DNA of 64,000 nt from the human T2T-CHM13v2.0 reference genome, Homo sapiens. A model generated the notes under the pieces. The model searched no databases and was not told the origin of the DNA. It saw only the letters and a list, made by a program, of their open reading frames with translations. The position numbers and the translations under genes were made by a program. Below are positions 29,198 to 40,239 of this stretch, piece by piece. The stretch is from NCBI RefSeq assembly GCF_009914755.1, contig NC_060947.1; one strand, given 5' to 3'. Each line of letters starts with the position of its first letter. The stretch's first letter is position 1.

Positions 29198-29656
29198 TGG
29201 CTGGCTTCTTTCACTTAATGCAGTGCTTGTGAGATTTCTTCATGTTGCAATATGTAGTTGCACCTTGTTCAATTTCATTACTGTATAGTATTCCATTTGG
29301 TGAATATACCATCATTTAATTATCCATTATATTGTTGACGGCATTTGTGGTTTCCTAGTTGATGCTTATATGAATAGTACTTTGATAGATATTAAAGTAT
29401 ATGTATTTTAATGAACTTAGAACTTATGTATGTATTTCTGTTGGTATATATTTTGGAATAGAATTGCTGAATCGTAAGTTAGGCATATGTCAGTTCTAGT
29501 AGATGCAGGCGAATAGTATTTGAAAGGGAATCTACTAGTTTACCCTTCCACCAGCAATGTACAACAGTTCTAGTTTCTTCCCCTCCAATAGTTGATATTG
29601 TCTTTTACACTTTAGCTGTTCTGGTGGGTGGGTGTTGCCATCGTATAGTGTTGTGC

Positions 29657-29707
29657 TTTTCATTCACATCCTTTTGGTTTTCATTCACATCCTTTTGGTT
29701 TTCATTC
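29657..29707. repeat. 21-bp tandem duplication ttttcattcacatccttttgg (~2.4 copies)
   Basis: direct observation. Confidence 0.9.
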
Positions 29708-29800
29708 CAGCTTCCCGTCTCTCTTTGCTCATCTTATACACTTCATGGTCTCTTCATTACCCATTACCACAATTAACATTTCCAAATTTCTTCTTTATAG

Positions 29801-29990
29801 TTGGATGCCTTGATCTAGAGGGAAACCGGTGCTTTTCCCCATTTATCATCCTCTTACAGAAGAATTTCACTTGCAGCAACTTTGAACTGCCTCTGAACTC
29901 ACTCATGCTGCAGAAGAATCCATGCCTGTTTGTTGATATTTTGTTTTTCATGCCTGAAGAGCACAACTGGAACAAACAAGAAGTTGGAGA
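29801..29990 (+). pseudogene. GREB1-like exon (190 nt, fully open, phase 1-2)
   Basis: ttcttctttatag| ... gaga|gtaaga; SPFIILLQK...VDILFFMPEEHNWNKQ vs GREB1 RPFQLAVAQK...VDFLICIPPSEVTYQQ. Confidence 0.75.
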
Positions 29991-30883
29991 GTAAGATGCT
30001 TGCCATAACAAATCTGTCTGGCCTACAGTGCATGCAAATATACTTGTAAGAAAATTACCACCCCCAACTTCGCTCAATGGGTGTCTTTGTTATTGTACAA
30101 TTGTTAAATGCATTTCACAATGAAGTTATGTTAGAGTGTCAGGCCTCAAATGGAGATAAAGCAATTCCTAAACATAGTAGGTGGGTGTGAGTAGACAGCT
30201 ATTTCTTGTTCGAATCACTACCACCAGCATTATCACTGAGAAGAAGAATCAACAGGTCTCTTAGAGTGGAAACTGGGACCAGCCCCTCTCCTTCCTCCTG
30301 CCTGCACTCTCTGCCCAGGAGGTAGCAAGTTTGAATCTATTCTAATGGCATCCTTGAAAGGATATAAGCTTGTTTGGGGGAGCAAGGTCAGTCACCATAA
30401 CTCCAACCCCTGTCCTGTCACTTGCTGGCTATGTGAAAATGGGGCAGGGAGCTAGGCAGATGGGCACCCTTGAGAAAGTAGGTGGCTCAGCAAGAGTGGA
30501 ATGGGTGAGGGCCTGAGCCCAGAAGCCCACTCGGCATAACACATAAGGCTGTGCTTTTGGTGCATTCTGGGCTTGGTCCCTTTTTGCCCCTGAAGGGTTC
30601 TGCAAAGTCTCTTTGAAGAGGCCAGTCTGTCTGGGGTACTGTTTGGACTTGGGTTAGAGATTTAAACAGGCTCCACCCCTCTGCACCCATCAGTGTGTTA
30701 CATGGTTAAAGAGCACTGGTCTTTCAGCCTACCTCTTCCTCCATCTTCAAGTTTCTCCTCTCAGAACTGATAGTGAATGAAAAACAATCACCTACAAGCC
30801 CTCAGTTTCCAATTTGTGTTGCTTCCAAATCTGGCCTTGAACAAGTCCAACTCTTGATATTTGACACTTCTCAAATGTCTCAG

Positions 30884-31045
30884 TGGATTTGGTATGATAC
30901 AGATTATAAATATATCATCAGCTGGCCCTATAAGGACTTTTTATTGAACATTTATCAAGAATCTTACATCTGTAAAAGGAATCCCAAAACCATCCACACC
31001 CATCATCACCACAGGGCTGACAAATGAGGTCTGCCAAGCTCTAAG
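30884..31045 (+). pseudogene. GREB1-like exon (162 nt, phase 2-2, one TGA at 30945)
   Basis: atgtctcag| ... aag|gtaagt; GFGMIQIINISSAGPIRTFY*TFIKNLTSVKGIPKPSTPIITTGLTNEVCQAL; phase continues from 29990. Confidence 0.65.
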
Positions 31046-31233
31046 GTAAGTGGAATAAAGACTTTCCTCAACAGGCCCAAAAACCAATGCTGGACCATGA
31101 CTGTAACATAGAGTTATACTATTTCTGTCATTTACCTTAGCTTTAACTTTCCCGTATGCAAACAGCTGGACTCTGTGACTTATTTAGGTGGAATTTCCCC
31201 TAAGCATTGTGTTCTTATATTTATCTTTTAAAG

Positions 31234-31338
31234 GGGAGAATCATTTCCTCCCATGGAAGAATTTGATGTGAAGTCAGGTAGTAGCGGCCCCTTCAGGGAG
31301 GAGAACATCAAAAGAACAGTTTGTGATCTTTGCCTGAG
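31234..31338 (+). pseudogene. GREB1-like exon (105 nt, phase 2-2, open)
   Basis: ttatcttttaaag| ... ag|gtgggg; GESFPPMEEFDVKSGSSGPFREENIKRTVCDLCL. Confidence 0.55.
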
Positions 31339-31577
31339 GTGGGGGCCAGGAGGGGATTGTGGAGGGGGTACACTGAGGAAGGGAGGAAACCCTAGAACAA
31401 ATCTCACTGGTCTTAGAGAACACTTAGGCTAATGCGTGGCTTCTCCCAAATCTATGCAAATTTGATGGCTACCCAGGGGCCTTCCTTGTGGTGAGAGAAT
31501 GACTGAGGACTGTTGTAATATTGGGGCCAATATGATAAGGCAGAGAACTAATAAATGAATTAACTTTCAACATACAG

Positions 31578-31990
31578 ACTGAGTACTGCCCACCTAAGCT
31601 TCAACACAGGCCCACCACTTAATATCAGGAAGAAAGGATAGCTCCTTCATAGTTGATTCTTCTCAAGTTGTCAAGATACCAATATTAAAGTTGCCAGAAA
31701 TCAGTACCAATTTTCTCACTGACATGTTTCTGTAATTTATTCAATGATTAGTAGGTAAACTAAGTTGCAAGAATATACATCTTCCCAGACATAAGTAAAT
31801 GGAGCTACATTTAAATAAATGCTATCGAGAAGCATTTCTTCTTTTTTAAAACCTGAATTGGCAAGAGTTTGTTCATTACTGCTCTACGCATCCACCATGG
31901 AGAACAGCAACATCTCTCGGCCTCCAGTATGATTCCACCGCAATCCAGAACAATCACTTCTGTGTTCTGAGTTTGTCATCGTTCTAAGAG
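31578..31990 (+). pseudogene. GREB1-like exon remnant(s)
   Basis: IVDSSQVVKIP vs LLNCREVKEAP; KNIHLP (31769-31786) vs NEIHWP; NWQEFV...GLQYDST vs GLSEFI...LLRYDSS; stops and frameshift. Confidence 0.65.
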
Positions 31991-31992
31991 CT

Positions 31993-33203
31993 TGTTGCTG
32001 ATGGCATTGTTGATCCCAATTCTTCAACTCTTTCTATTGCCATGCCTTTTGCCATGTGACTTTGTAATGAAATGGGAGAGTTCCCTGATTTCCCCTTGCA
32101 GAACATGCAACAGAGGTGTGGCTTGTCTGTTCAGTTGCCCTGCAGCTCAAACCCCTAGGGGGAGCACGCAGACAGGCAGGTGCAGAGACCAGGGTGAGTG
32201 CTTTGGGCTCTGGGCCCTGTGGTTGGTGTCTAGGGGAGAGTGCCTGCAACCTCTGTGTTACAAAGTTCTTTCAGCTTTGCCATCTGCAGATGGCTTGAGT
32301 GTTAATCAGCTCAATAGACCCTCTGACTTATCTCAAGGCAGAGGGCCAGTGTGACAGCCTTCTGTGTCCCAAGCTCTTGCACAGTGTCCCAGAAGAATCG
32401 GATCACATGCAGGTTTGAAAGATGAGTGCAAGGTTTTGTTGAGTGATAGAAGTGGTTCTCAGCGGGATGGATGGGGAGAGTTGGAAGGGGGAATGGAGTG
32501 GGAAGATAATCTTCCACTGGAATCAGGCCACCCAGTGGCTGGACTCTTCTCTAACCACCCCCAACTGAACTCCCCTCGGCAACCAGACATCCCTCCTCCT
32601 CTTCCTCTGCCACATCATTCCACTCATTGCTGGTCTGCTGCTGTGCTGGTCTGCTCTGCAGCTTGGGGTTCAGGGTTTATATAGGGGCAGAATAGGGGGC
32701 ATAGTGGGCCAAAAGGCAACTTTTTGGGTGTGTAAACAGAAATGCCATTTAGGGCCTCAGGTATCCAGGCTTTAAGGGTGGGGCCTTTGCCAGGGAACTG
32801 GCATCTTCTACTCATTATTTCCCTTTCTCCTGTCTGTATCAGTAGTGCCTCCCTTCTCCATTGATATTGAAATTGGCCAAAGACAAAAGCTTGAAATGGG
32901 CTTGTGCTATTGTGCTTGTCCTCTCTTGCTTGTGCCATTGCCAGGAAAAAGCTTCCCTCAACACACACCTGGTAACTCCTGCCCATTTATCCTGGCCCCA
33001 GAATAAAAACACATGGAGCAGGCCTGAGTGGCCCTCTGTAGCTTGGAGCTAAGTGAGGTTGGACCTGCAGCTTAAAGGTGAGCCACCCAGGATTGCTGTA
33101 CCTAGGTCAGCTGATCCACAAACACCTGCAAACCTAGAAATGTGAGATTCAATGGTTATTTTGTTTGCATTGAGTATGAGGACATGTCATAATAGCTGAC
33201 TGC
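31993..33203 (+). mobile_element. MLT1 (H/J-like) LTR interrupted by LTR1
   Basis: catgccttttgccatgtgactttg...cttgtgccattgccaggaaaa...ataatagctgact. Confidence 0.7.
32068..32841 (-). mobile_element. ERV1 solo LTR (LTR1-like)
   Basis: Minus strand starts tgatacagacaggagaaagggaaataatgagtagaag...ggcaaaggccccaccc; TG...CA ends; 4-bp TSD gtaa/gtag. Confidence 0.8.
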
Positions 33204-33204
33204 T

Positions 33205-33375
33205 TTATAACCCTAATTTTGTAGGTGCTACTATATTATTCCCATTTTAAAGATGTGGAAACTGATTCATAGAGAGGTTAATTAATTTGCCCAGATTCAT
33301 AGAGCTAGGAAATGTCAGACTGGTAATTTAAACACAGGTGCATGAGATTTTAAGGCTTGCAGTATAAGCAACTAT
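33205..33375 (-). mobile_element. MIR SINE
   Basis: cccattttaaagatgtggaaactgattcatagagaggttaattaatttgccc. Confidence 0.8.
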
Positions 33376-33533
33376 GTTTTTCCTGTTGAGGGCAAACCTG
33401 TAAGATATAGGGTAAGGAGAGACCGGCTACTTTCTTCATTTCCTTTTCAACTTAAATGTCAGCCATCTGACTTCTTGTTTTTGAATCACTGGACAATTTG
33501 AGATTTTGAACTTCCCATCTCTATCTTCCCCAG

Positions 33534-33692
33534 CAGATGCATCTTGTTCTTAAGAAAACTACAGCTTAACATGCTGTTGACTTTTTGAAGTTTGGGAAAA
33601 TTCTCTGGTGATATATTTGCTTACCGAATATTAGCCATTTACTTACCAAGAGATGCAGGACCTGAGAAGTTTATATCCCCTGGCAATTGAAG
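33534..33692 (+). pseudogene. Probable exon remnant of the pseudogene
   Basis: Strong acceptor ccatctctatcttccccag, donor aag|gtcagt; weak similarity (RCILFL vs RTFVLV; GDIFAYRILAIYLP vs GHGLMVLLRVP). Confidence 0.45.
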
Positions 33693-33824
33693 GTCAGTCA
33701 GTGAAGACAAAGAACCATTGAAGCCTTAATCCAAATCAGTGGAAAGCTAAAATTTGATTTATAATATTTCCATTTCTCTTGAATTTTCCAGGAATGTTGG
33801 TAAATGTGAAACAACTTGGCTTCA

Positions 33825-34610
33825 GTTTTACTGGTTAAAATGTAGGTTTTGGAGATAAATGACTGGGTTCAGGAACTAAGTGACATTGGGCAAGTTACTT
33901 AATCTTTCTGTGCCTCAGTTTTTCACCTATAAAATAAAGATAACAATACTATCTCCTCTAGGGTCATATGGGGATACAAAAAAGTATATAAAGTATTTAG
34001 TAAGATGATTTTGGCTACAAGTGACAGGGATCCTGAGTCAAAATGGCTTAAACAATTAGGAAATATGTTATCTCACATAGTCCAGTGACAAAAGAGAGCT
34101 CTAGATGTGACCCAATCAGGCCTCCAGCCCATATCTGTCAGCCATTCTCTTGGCTTAGCCTTCTTCAGGCTGGACCTCATGGAAACAAGATGGCTGCTGG
34201 CAGCAACAGGAGCAGTGGGATTGCTTATTCATAGCCAGTGGAAGAGAGAGAGAAGCCACTCCCAAATATGAAAACAAATTTTTCCCCTCAATCTCTTTGG
34301 GCCAACCTTGAATCAATTACTATTGCCAGAGGAATACTCACATGGTGACTGGTTTCAGTTTGGGTATGTGAACTAGTCAGGGGAAAAGAGGAATGGATTA
34401 TGGTGCTTGATTCACATGAGTCAGGATTCATTGTTCTTGCTGGGGGTAGGGGTTGCCTTCCCCTAAGTCACATGATCTAGGTGGAGAAAGTGTAATTACT
34501 CAAGCAACATCAAGATCTCATTAGAAAGCAGTAATAGATTTGAAGAAGGCACTCAACAGTGGTGACCAGAGCTGGCCGAAAGTAAGTGCTCAATAATTGT
34601 CAGCTTATTT
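33825..34610 (+). mobile_element. MIR split by a minus-strand old MLT1 (K/L-like) LTR (~33998-34565)
   Basis: MIR core gggcaagttacttaatctttctgtgcctcag; MIR tail agtaagtgctcaataattg after the LTR; LTR ttggctacaagtgacag...aatggcttaaacaa. Confidence 0.7.
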
Positions 34611-34649
34611 TGGAATTCTATTTTTGCGTCCATAGGAATTTTTGTAGCA

Positions 34650-34821
34650 GCCAGTTGTGGTTTTATGATAAGACAACTAATACTTGGCCTTTAGCATTCC
34701 CTAAAAGACAAATTTGGGAACTCGGAGATGACAAATTGTTTGCATTGGAAGCTTCTCTTTCCTCTTCTTTTTTGGAAATTAACCTGGAAAACAAGCTCCA
34801 AGGACCTGTGAAGACTAGGAA
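34650..34821 (+). pseudogene. GREB1-like exon remnant
   Basis: KLFALEASLSSSFLEINL vs GREB1 ARLALEEHFEIIL; boundaries uncertain. Confidence 0.45.
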
Positions 34822-34965
34822 GGTCTCAGTTCAGTTCCTTATGTCATTGCCACCTTGAAAAGACAAAGTTGATAGTGCACAGCAATTTTTCCTCTCCTTA
34901 TGCCAAGCAATATTTTCTATGAAAAATATTATACTTCAACAATTTTTGTGCAAAATGCTGGCACT

Positions 34966-35350
34966 CTGTGGTGGACATCTCTTTGCCTTTTTATTTGCTT
35001 TATTTATTATTTCTACCTTTCCTTCTTCTCTACCTAACAGAACCTCTATTTTTATGGCAAACCTATTCTATATTATTTGGATGAGGCTGACCTTATCTAC
35101 ACACGTGCATGCACTTGACCAATCAAAGCACATCATCCTTTCTTTGGAGAGAGTGATTAGTTCCAAGATGCACACGTGACCTAAACTTGATCAATTAATA
35201 CTCTCTTCCTGAAAATTTGAACCTTGAGCTAAATGAAAAATACACTTTATGCACTCCTGTTATTTGTACTCAGAGCTGACATAGTTTCCATTGGTCCCAA
35301 GTTTTCATTGTGTTGATTATTCAGTTCTGTGAGCTCCCCAGTATTTCTGT
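34966..35350 (+). mobile_element. Old MaLR/ERVL LTR fragment (MLT1L/LTR67-like)
   Basis: tgtggtggacatc...gaccaatcaaagcac...gattagttccaagatgcacacgtgacctaa. Confidence 0.5.
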
Positions 35351-35355
35351 AATAC

Positions 35356-35769
35356 TGTTATGGACTGAACTGTGTCCTCTCCCTACCCTCTCCACAATTT
35401 TATATGTTGGTACCCTAACCCCCAGTGTAACTATATTTGGAGATAAGGCTTTTAGGAGATAATTAAGGTTAAATGAGATCACAAGGTAGGGTTCTAATAT
35501 GATAGAACAGATGGTCTTATAGGAAGAGGAAGAGAGAAAGAGTGAGCGTGAGAGCCCTCTCTCTTTAAGTGCATGAACCAAGGAAAGGCCATGTGAAAAC
35601 TCAGAGAGAAGGCAGCGATCTACAAGCCAGAAAGAGAGCTCTCACCAGAATCTGACCATGCTGGCACGCTGTTCTGGATGTCCAGCCTCTAGAACCATGA
35701 GAAAAGTAATTTCTGTTATTTAAGCCACCCAGTCTACAGTATTCTGTTATGGCAGTTCATGCCAAGACA
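35356..35769 (+). mobile_element. MLT1A-like solo LTR
   Basis: tgttatggactgaactgtgtcc...taagccacccagtctacagtattctgttatggcag; TSD aatac/aatat. Confidence 0.9.
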
Positions 35770-35789
35770 AATATTATTTTCCCTCTTAA

Positions 35790-36047
35790 GACAGCCATTG
35801 CCAATGTTTATTGTGTGCCAACAAAATAAGTCCTCATTTTAAGGTAGCAAAGCAGCTAGTTAAATTGTCATCCCCTGGATCTTCAGATACAGGCAATATG
35901 CCTACTTACACTGGAACTATTTTGCATAGTAGGAAAATATTAGAAGTGTGGAATGTTGGAACTACTTCTTGTAGCTTTTCCTCAAGGTCCTACGAGAAAG
36001 CCTGTTCCATCTGGAAGCAAATAGGGAGTAGCTTATACCTCTACTAA
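35790..36047 (+). pseudogene. GREB1-like exon remnant
   Basis: KISPHFKVAKQL...NMPTY/(shift)LELFCI vs GREB1 TVGKHFVKQL...RPQTYLELEGLPCI. Confidence 0.55.
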
Positions 36048-36069
36048 GAGAGACTCTTCCTAATGAGAC

Positions 36070-36779
36070 TATAACTACCCAATGGCTTCTCCTTGCCCAC
36101 TGCCTAGACAGAGCTGATTTGTCAAGACAGGAGGATTGCAATAGAAAAGAGTTTAATTCACGCAGAGCTGGCTATAAACGAGACCAGAGTTTCATTATTA
36201 CTCAAATCAGTCTCCCAGAAGACTCAAGGATCAGAGTTTTTAAGGATAATTTGGTGGGTAGCAGGCCAGTAAATCAGGAGTGCTGATTGATTGGCTCGGG
36301 GATGAAATCATAGGGAGTCAAAGCTGTCCTCTTATGCTGAGTCATTTCCTGGGTGGGGGCCACAGGACTGGTTGGCAGGTCCAGGTGCGGCCATCTGGTT
36401 GTCAGAAATGCAGAAACCTGAAAAGACATCTCAAAAGGCCAACCTTAGATTCTACAATAGTGATGTTATCTTCAAGAGTAATTGGAGAAGTTGCAAATCT
36501 TATGACCTCTAGAATAATGGCTGGTAATTATTTATTAATAGAATCCAAGCCCCTTTCATCCTTACTTGGTGGCCTTCCATTAGTTTTACAAGAGCAGTTT
36601 CCTTTTTGGGAAGGGCTATGATCTAAACTATAAATTTCTCCCAAAGTTAGCTTGGCCCACACCCAGGAATGAGCAAAGACAGCCAACCTGTGAGGCAAGA
36701 GACAAGATGGAGTCAACCATGTCAGATTTATCTCACTGTTATAATTTCCTCAGTAATAATTTTTCCAAAGGTGGTTTCA
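36070..36779 (-). mobile_element. LTR8A-like ERV1 solo LTR
   Basis: Minus strand starts tgaaaccacctttggaaaaattattactgaggaaattataacagtgag; ends ...gccattgggtagttata. Confidence 0.85.
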
Positions 36780-36899
36780 TGGCTAGCAACCTCAAATATA
36801 TGAGAAACATGACTCAGAGTCTTGATGGGACTGAAAAAGTCCTACTTTATGCCCCAACCTAAAGTTAGAGTTCACCAAGGCAGGGAGGAGGGAAAGGTA

Positions 36900-37420
36900 G
36901 TGAGGGATAAAATCAGTCCCAAGAAAGATCTGTGGAAAATCAGAATCCCTTGGCTGCTTCCAAATATCTCCAGATGAGTACTCTTTGCCTGACAAAGGAA
37001 ATAATTATCCTCATTGTAGTAAACCATTTGCTCAAATTGAACAGGAGCTTTGAATTTGGAAGCAAGGGACAAATTACTTGGGCTTCACAACTAGCCTGTT
37101 GTTTTTTATTGCCCAAATGCAGGGGCCAAAATAGAACTGTTAAACTAAGAATAAAGGGTTACCTGCTACACACTGAGACCAATTATGAATAAAAGGAAGT
37201 TATAAGGCCAGGGTCTAGGTTCAAGCATTATAACTCAACAAGACCTCCATGTTTGATTAGAGCCACTCCTAGGTGCAGGATCCCTGTGTAAGTATTTTTT
37301 TGAAGGGGCAAGGGTTATCTATATGAACAATTTAATTTTTAAAATGTGCTACCAAACTGGTGGGCTTATGTGAGGTATACTGATTTATCGATGAAAATTC
37401 AGAATGATGGGATTAGAAGA
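36900..37420 (+). pseudogene. GREB1-like remnant spanning LEQELG through the Walker-A-like region
   Basis: AQIEQEL*I (37030-37056) vs TALEQELGL; ITWASQL...LLPK vs VMWASSFRPLLSK; GKGYLYEQF vs GKTGAYLQF; KLVGLCEV vs MLVRLTEV. Confidence 0.75.
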
Positions 37421-37502
37421 GGTACTTACATATTTGTTTACTATTCAATCAGTGCTTGTGAAGATTCTTCATAGTATCCTGGCACCGTCTTTTCCTGTTC
37501 AG

Positions 37503-37584
37503 GTCCAGGAACTATCTCTTTGTGTTCTTTATTGCCAAATGTGTCATTCCTGTATAATTTCTTATCACTCACTGCAAGAAAAAG
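37503..37584 (+). pseudogene. GREB1-like exon with CxxCH motif (82 nt, open)
   Basis: tttcctgttcag| ... aag|gtagca; ELSLCVLYCQMCHSCI vs RLSKYAAYNTYHHCEQCHQYM. Confidence 0.65.
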
Positions 37585-37651
37585 GTAGCAATGCTGTTAT
37601 TACTCACAATGCCATGGCTCTTTGGAACCTGTTTATATTGTAACTCTATAG

Positions 37652-37814
37652 ATCTTCTTGCCTCTTCAGTTCCCTCATACCACATATTCCATTTATTCAG
37701 AGCTGGATACTTTATCCATGTTGCCACGTCATCCGTAGTGCCACCCATGAACACTGGCTTCCAATGACTCTCTCAAAGGTCATCAACTGTGCTTTGTTGA
37801 TGATGATAACAAAT
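37652..37814 (+). pseudogene. GREB1-like exon with one frameshift
   Basis: ctctatag| ... aat|gtaagt; CHVIRSATHEHWL...LMMITN vs LHFIIPKSKEHHF...LPLVTD. Confidence 0.65.
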
Positions 37815-37883
37815 GTAAGTCTTAGTGAGTATGCAAGAAAATGCAAATAAGTTGCTTTGTGGTCTTGCCAAAATTACTGTTTA

Positions 37884-38216
<333 letters not shown>

Positions 38217-38271
38217 TTATAGTTTATAGAACAACTCATATTCCACTCATGTCTCTCCTTGATCTCTTTAG

Positions 38272-39022
38272 GCTGTCATCATTGTATTTCTAGAATGTAA
38301 TCTCTTTCAATGATGACCTCCACTCTTGCCTTGCACACATCACCACCAATAGGGAGGCAGATAGGTGAGGAACCCATGGACAGATAGAGTAGAGCAGTAT
38401 CATTTGGGTAAGGAATGTCCATCTTTGTCCTGCATAGCTTGAGACCAGTCCAAAAGAGCACGATGTTACATTGATTGGAGGCAAGAAAGGACATCAATTA
38501 GGAGGGTCTATTCACATTATGGAGCAATAGTCTAGGAAGCCCTTGGAGGAGATAGGCATGCTCACCCCTGGGGGACCAGTGATGTGAAGCCCAAGGAGGA
38601 GGTGGGGTGACCATTCTGTGTGCCAGCTGTGGGAGGCACACAGCACAAATGTAGCATTGTAGTTCAGGACAAGGATAGATGATAACCGACATGTGGCTGG
38701 CACTCATGGCACATGGCTTGCACTCAAGCCCTTTGGCAATGAACCGTTGTTAACCCAGAGTCCTGAAATCACCCAGTGTCCTATGTAAATGAGAGTTAGT
38801 CACAGTCAGTGTGTCAGCACCATTCTGGCAGCCCAGTCTCTGTGATCCTGCAAAAGAAATACTGTGCTGGCCCACAGAAAGCATCAGCTCACCAGACTGC
38901 CCTCTGGAACCAGTCCCAGGGCAATCCTATAGACAAGAGCCTCAGATTTTCTCAGAGGATCCGATCAACCCCTCTCAGGGGATTGAGGGAAGATGTCAAT
39001 CATTGGAGAGTGACCCAACGAG
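38272..39022 (+). pseudogene. GREB1-like remnants, start of glycosyltransferase-like (TAGT) domain
   Basis: GLFTLW (38505-38522) vs GLFNLY; HKCSIVVQDKDR**PTCGWHSWHM (38644-38715) vs [24 protein letters not shown], gap-free. Confidence 0.65.
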
Positions 39023-39359
39023 GTAAAATAGGGACCAGGGCTCTTATAGGTCCTCATCTGGACTCAGGAAGCTCCATCTAGGTAGAAAGCACTGCCAGCC
39101 CTGGTCCCAAACACTGAAAGGAGACATAGAAAATATTGAGGTAGGTGCTTCCAATGACCAGGACCCATATGGGACCAGGCTGGGGAGAGGGGAGGCCATG
39201 CCCAGATGGTCCTGTGGGCTAGTTCAAGCCTCAAAGGGGTATTTAGAAGAATTTTTAGGAAGGAATTCCAAAATACAGAGCCCTTTTGGGCACAAAGATT
39301 GGAACAAGGGTCCTGCTTGCCTGGGTCTAAGGCCCACACTGGCTTTGATTACTAACCAG

Positions 39360-39673
39360 TTCTCTTGTTGAGAAATCTAATGACTAGGCTCTAAGTGAGA
39401 TTTTTACTACATTGCTAAAGTATCTCCCAAAGTTTGGGAATCAGGTGTCTATGACAGTTCAGTTCCTAGGCCATCCACAGGCCCAATGCTGTGTGGACAG
39501 GCACTGGGCTGCTAAATGGATGCACCATCTAGAACAGAATTGTTTCTTGCACATTCCTTAGGGAAGTACATGCAAGACCAATGGTCAAAAGAAATTCTCC
39601 CAAAGGGTACATCTCTGAATAAGTTGTGCTCTCACTCCACAGAGCATGGAGTCTTGCTGACTGCCTCTGAAAG
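39360..39673 (+). pseudogene. GREB1-like exon remnant (TAGT domain)
   Basis: ALSEIFTTL vs SLKHIMQHI; STEHGVLLTASER vs VHSAGLLLCRFNR; donor aag|gtatac. Confidence 0.6.
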
Positions 39674-39889
39674 GTATACAGCACAGACTTTGATCCAAAA
39701 TCCCTTGTATTTTATTTTCCTTTCTCCTCTTCCCAAAACAAAGAAGCTTTATATTGTAGTTTCCTTATTTTCCTTCACCACTCTATATGGGGAATATTTT
39801 AGGTGGTTAAATGTACCATCTGGATTTGGAGTTTTCTTCATTTTCACTAATATCTAACTAAAATTGAGCATTTCTTTCAAATATCATTG

Positions 39890-40228
39890 CAGGCAAGAGG
39901 CTGAGGTGGTATTAGCAGTACTGGTCACCAGTGAATTGCAGATATTTTTATATCATGTGAGACTTGTGGTAGATATCTCATAATGCCATTCATGGTCATC
40001 ACTTTTGAAATTGTAGTATTACTGGATTTACTACTAGATCTTGCTATTTAATGCATCAATCAAGAAGTACATACATCTCTATATCATGAATTTGTTTTAT
40101 AATGTTTTGCGAAATATATTTCAAGCATATTTTATTTTCTTCGATTAAATACATGATTCTGAAAAGGGATCCATAGGCATCACTAGACTACCAAGTAGTT
40201 TATGGTACAGAAAGTTTAAGAAACCCTG
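39890..40228 (+). mobile_element. hAT-Charlie DNA transposon fragment (Charlie4-like)
   Basis: 3' end tctgaaaagggatccataggcatcactagactacc...tttaagaaaccctg. Confidence 0.65.
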
Positions 40229-40239
40229 ATGTAGATGGA

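Larger units (their letters stand above)
27685..29650 (-). mobile_element. L1ME 3' region hosting MLT1C and L1PA insertions
   Basis: catagagaaaagtacat..., tgtatagtattccatttggtgaatatacc..., ccttccaccagcaatgt. Confidence 0.7.

Noticed and set aside
31397-31490. Possible extra exon RTLRLMRGFSQIYANLMATQGPSL with donor gtgaga
   Set aside because: The acceptor is weak, it lies too close to the previous exon, its phase does not fit and it has no recognisable motif.
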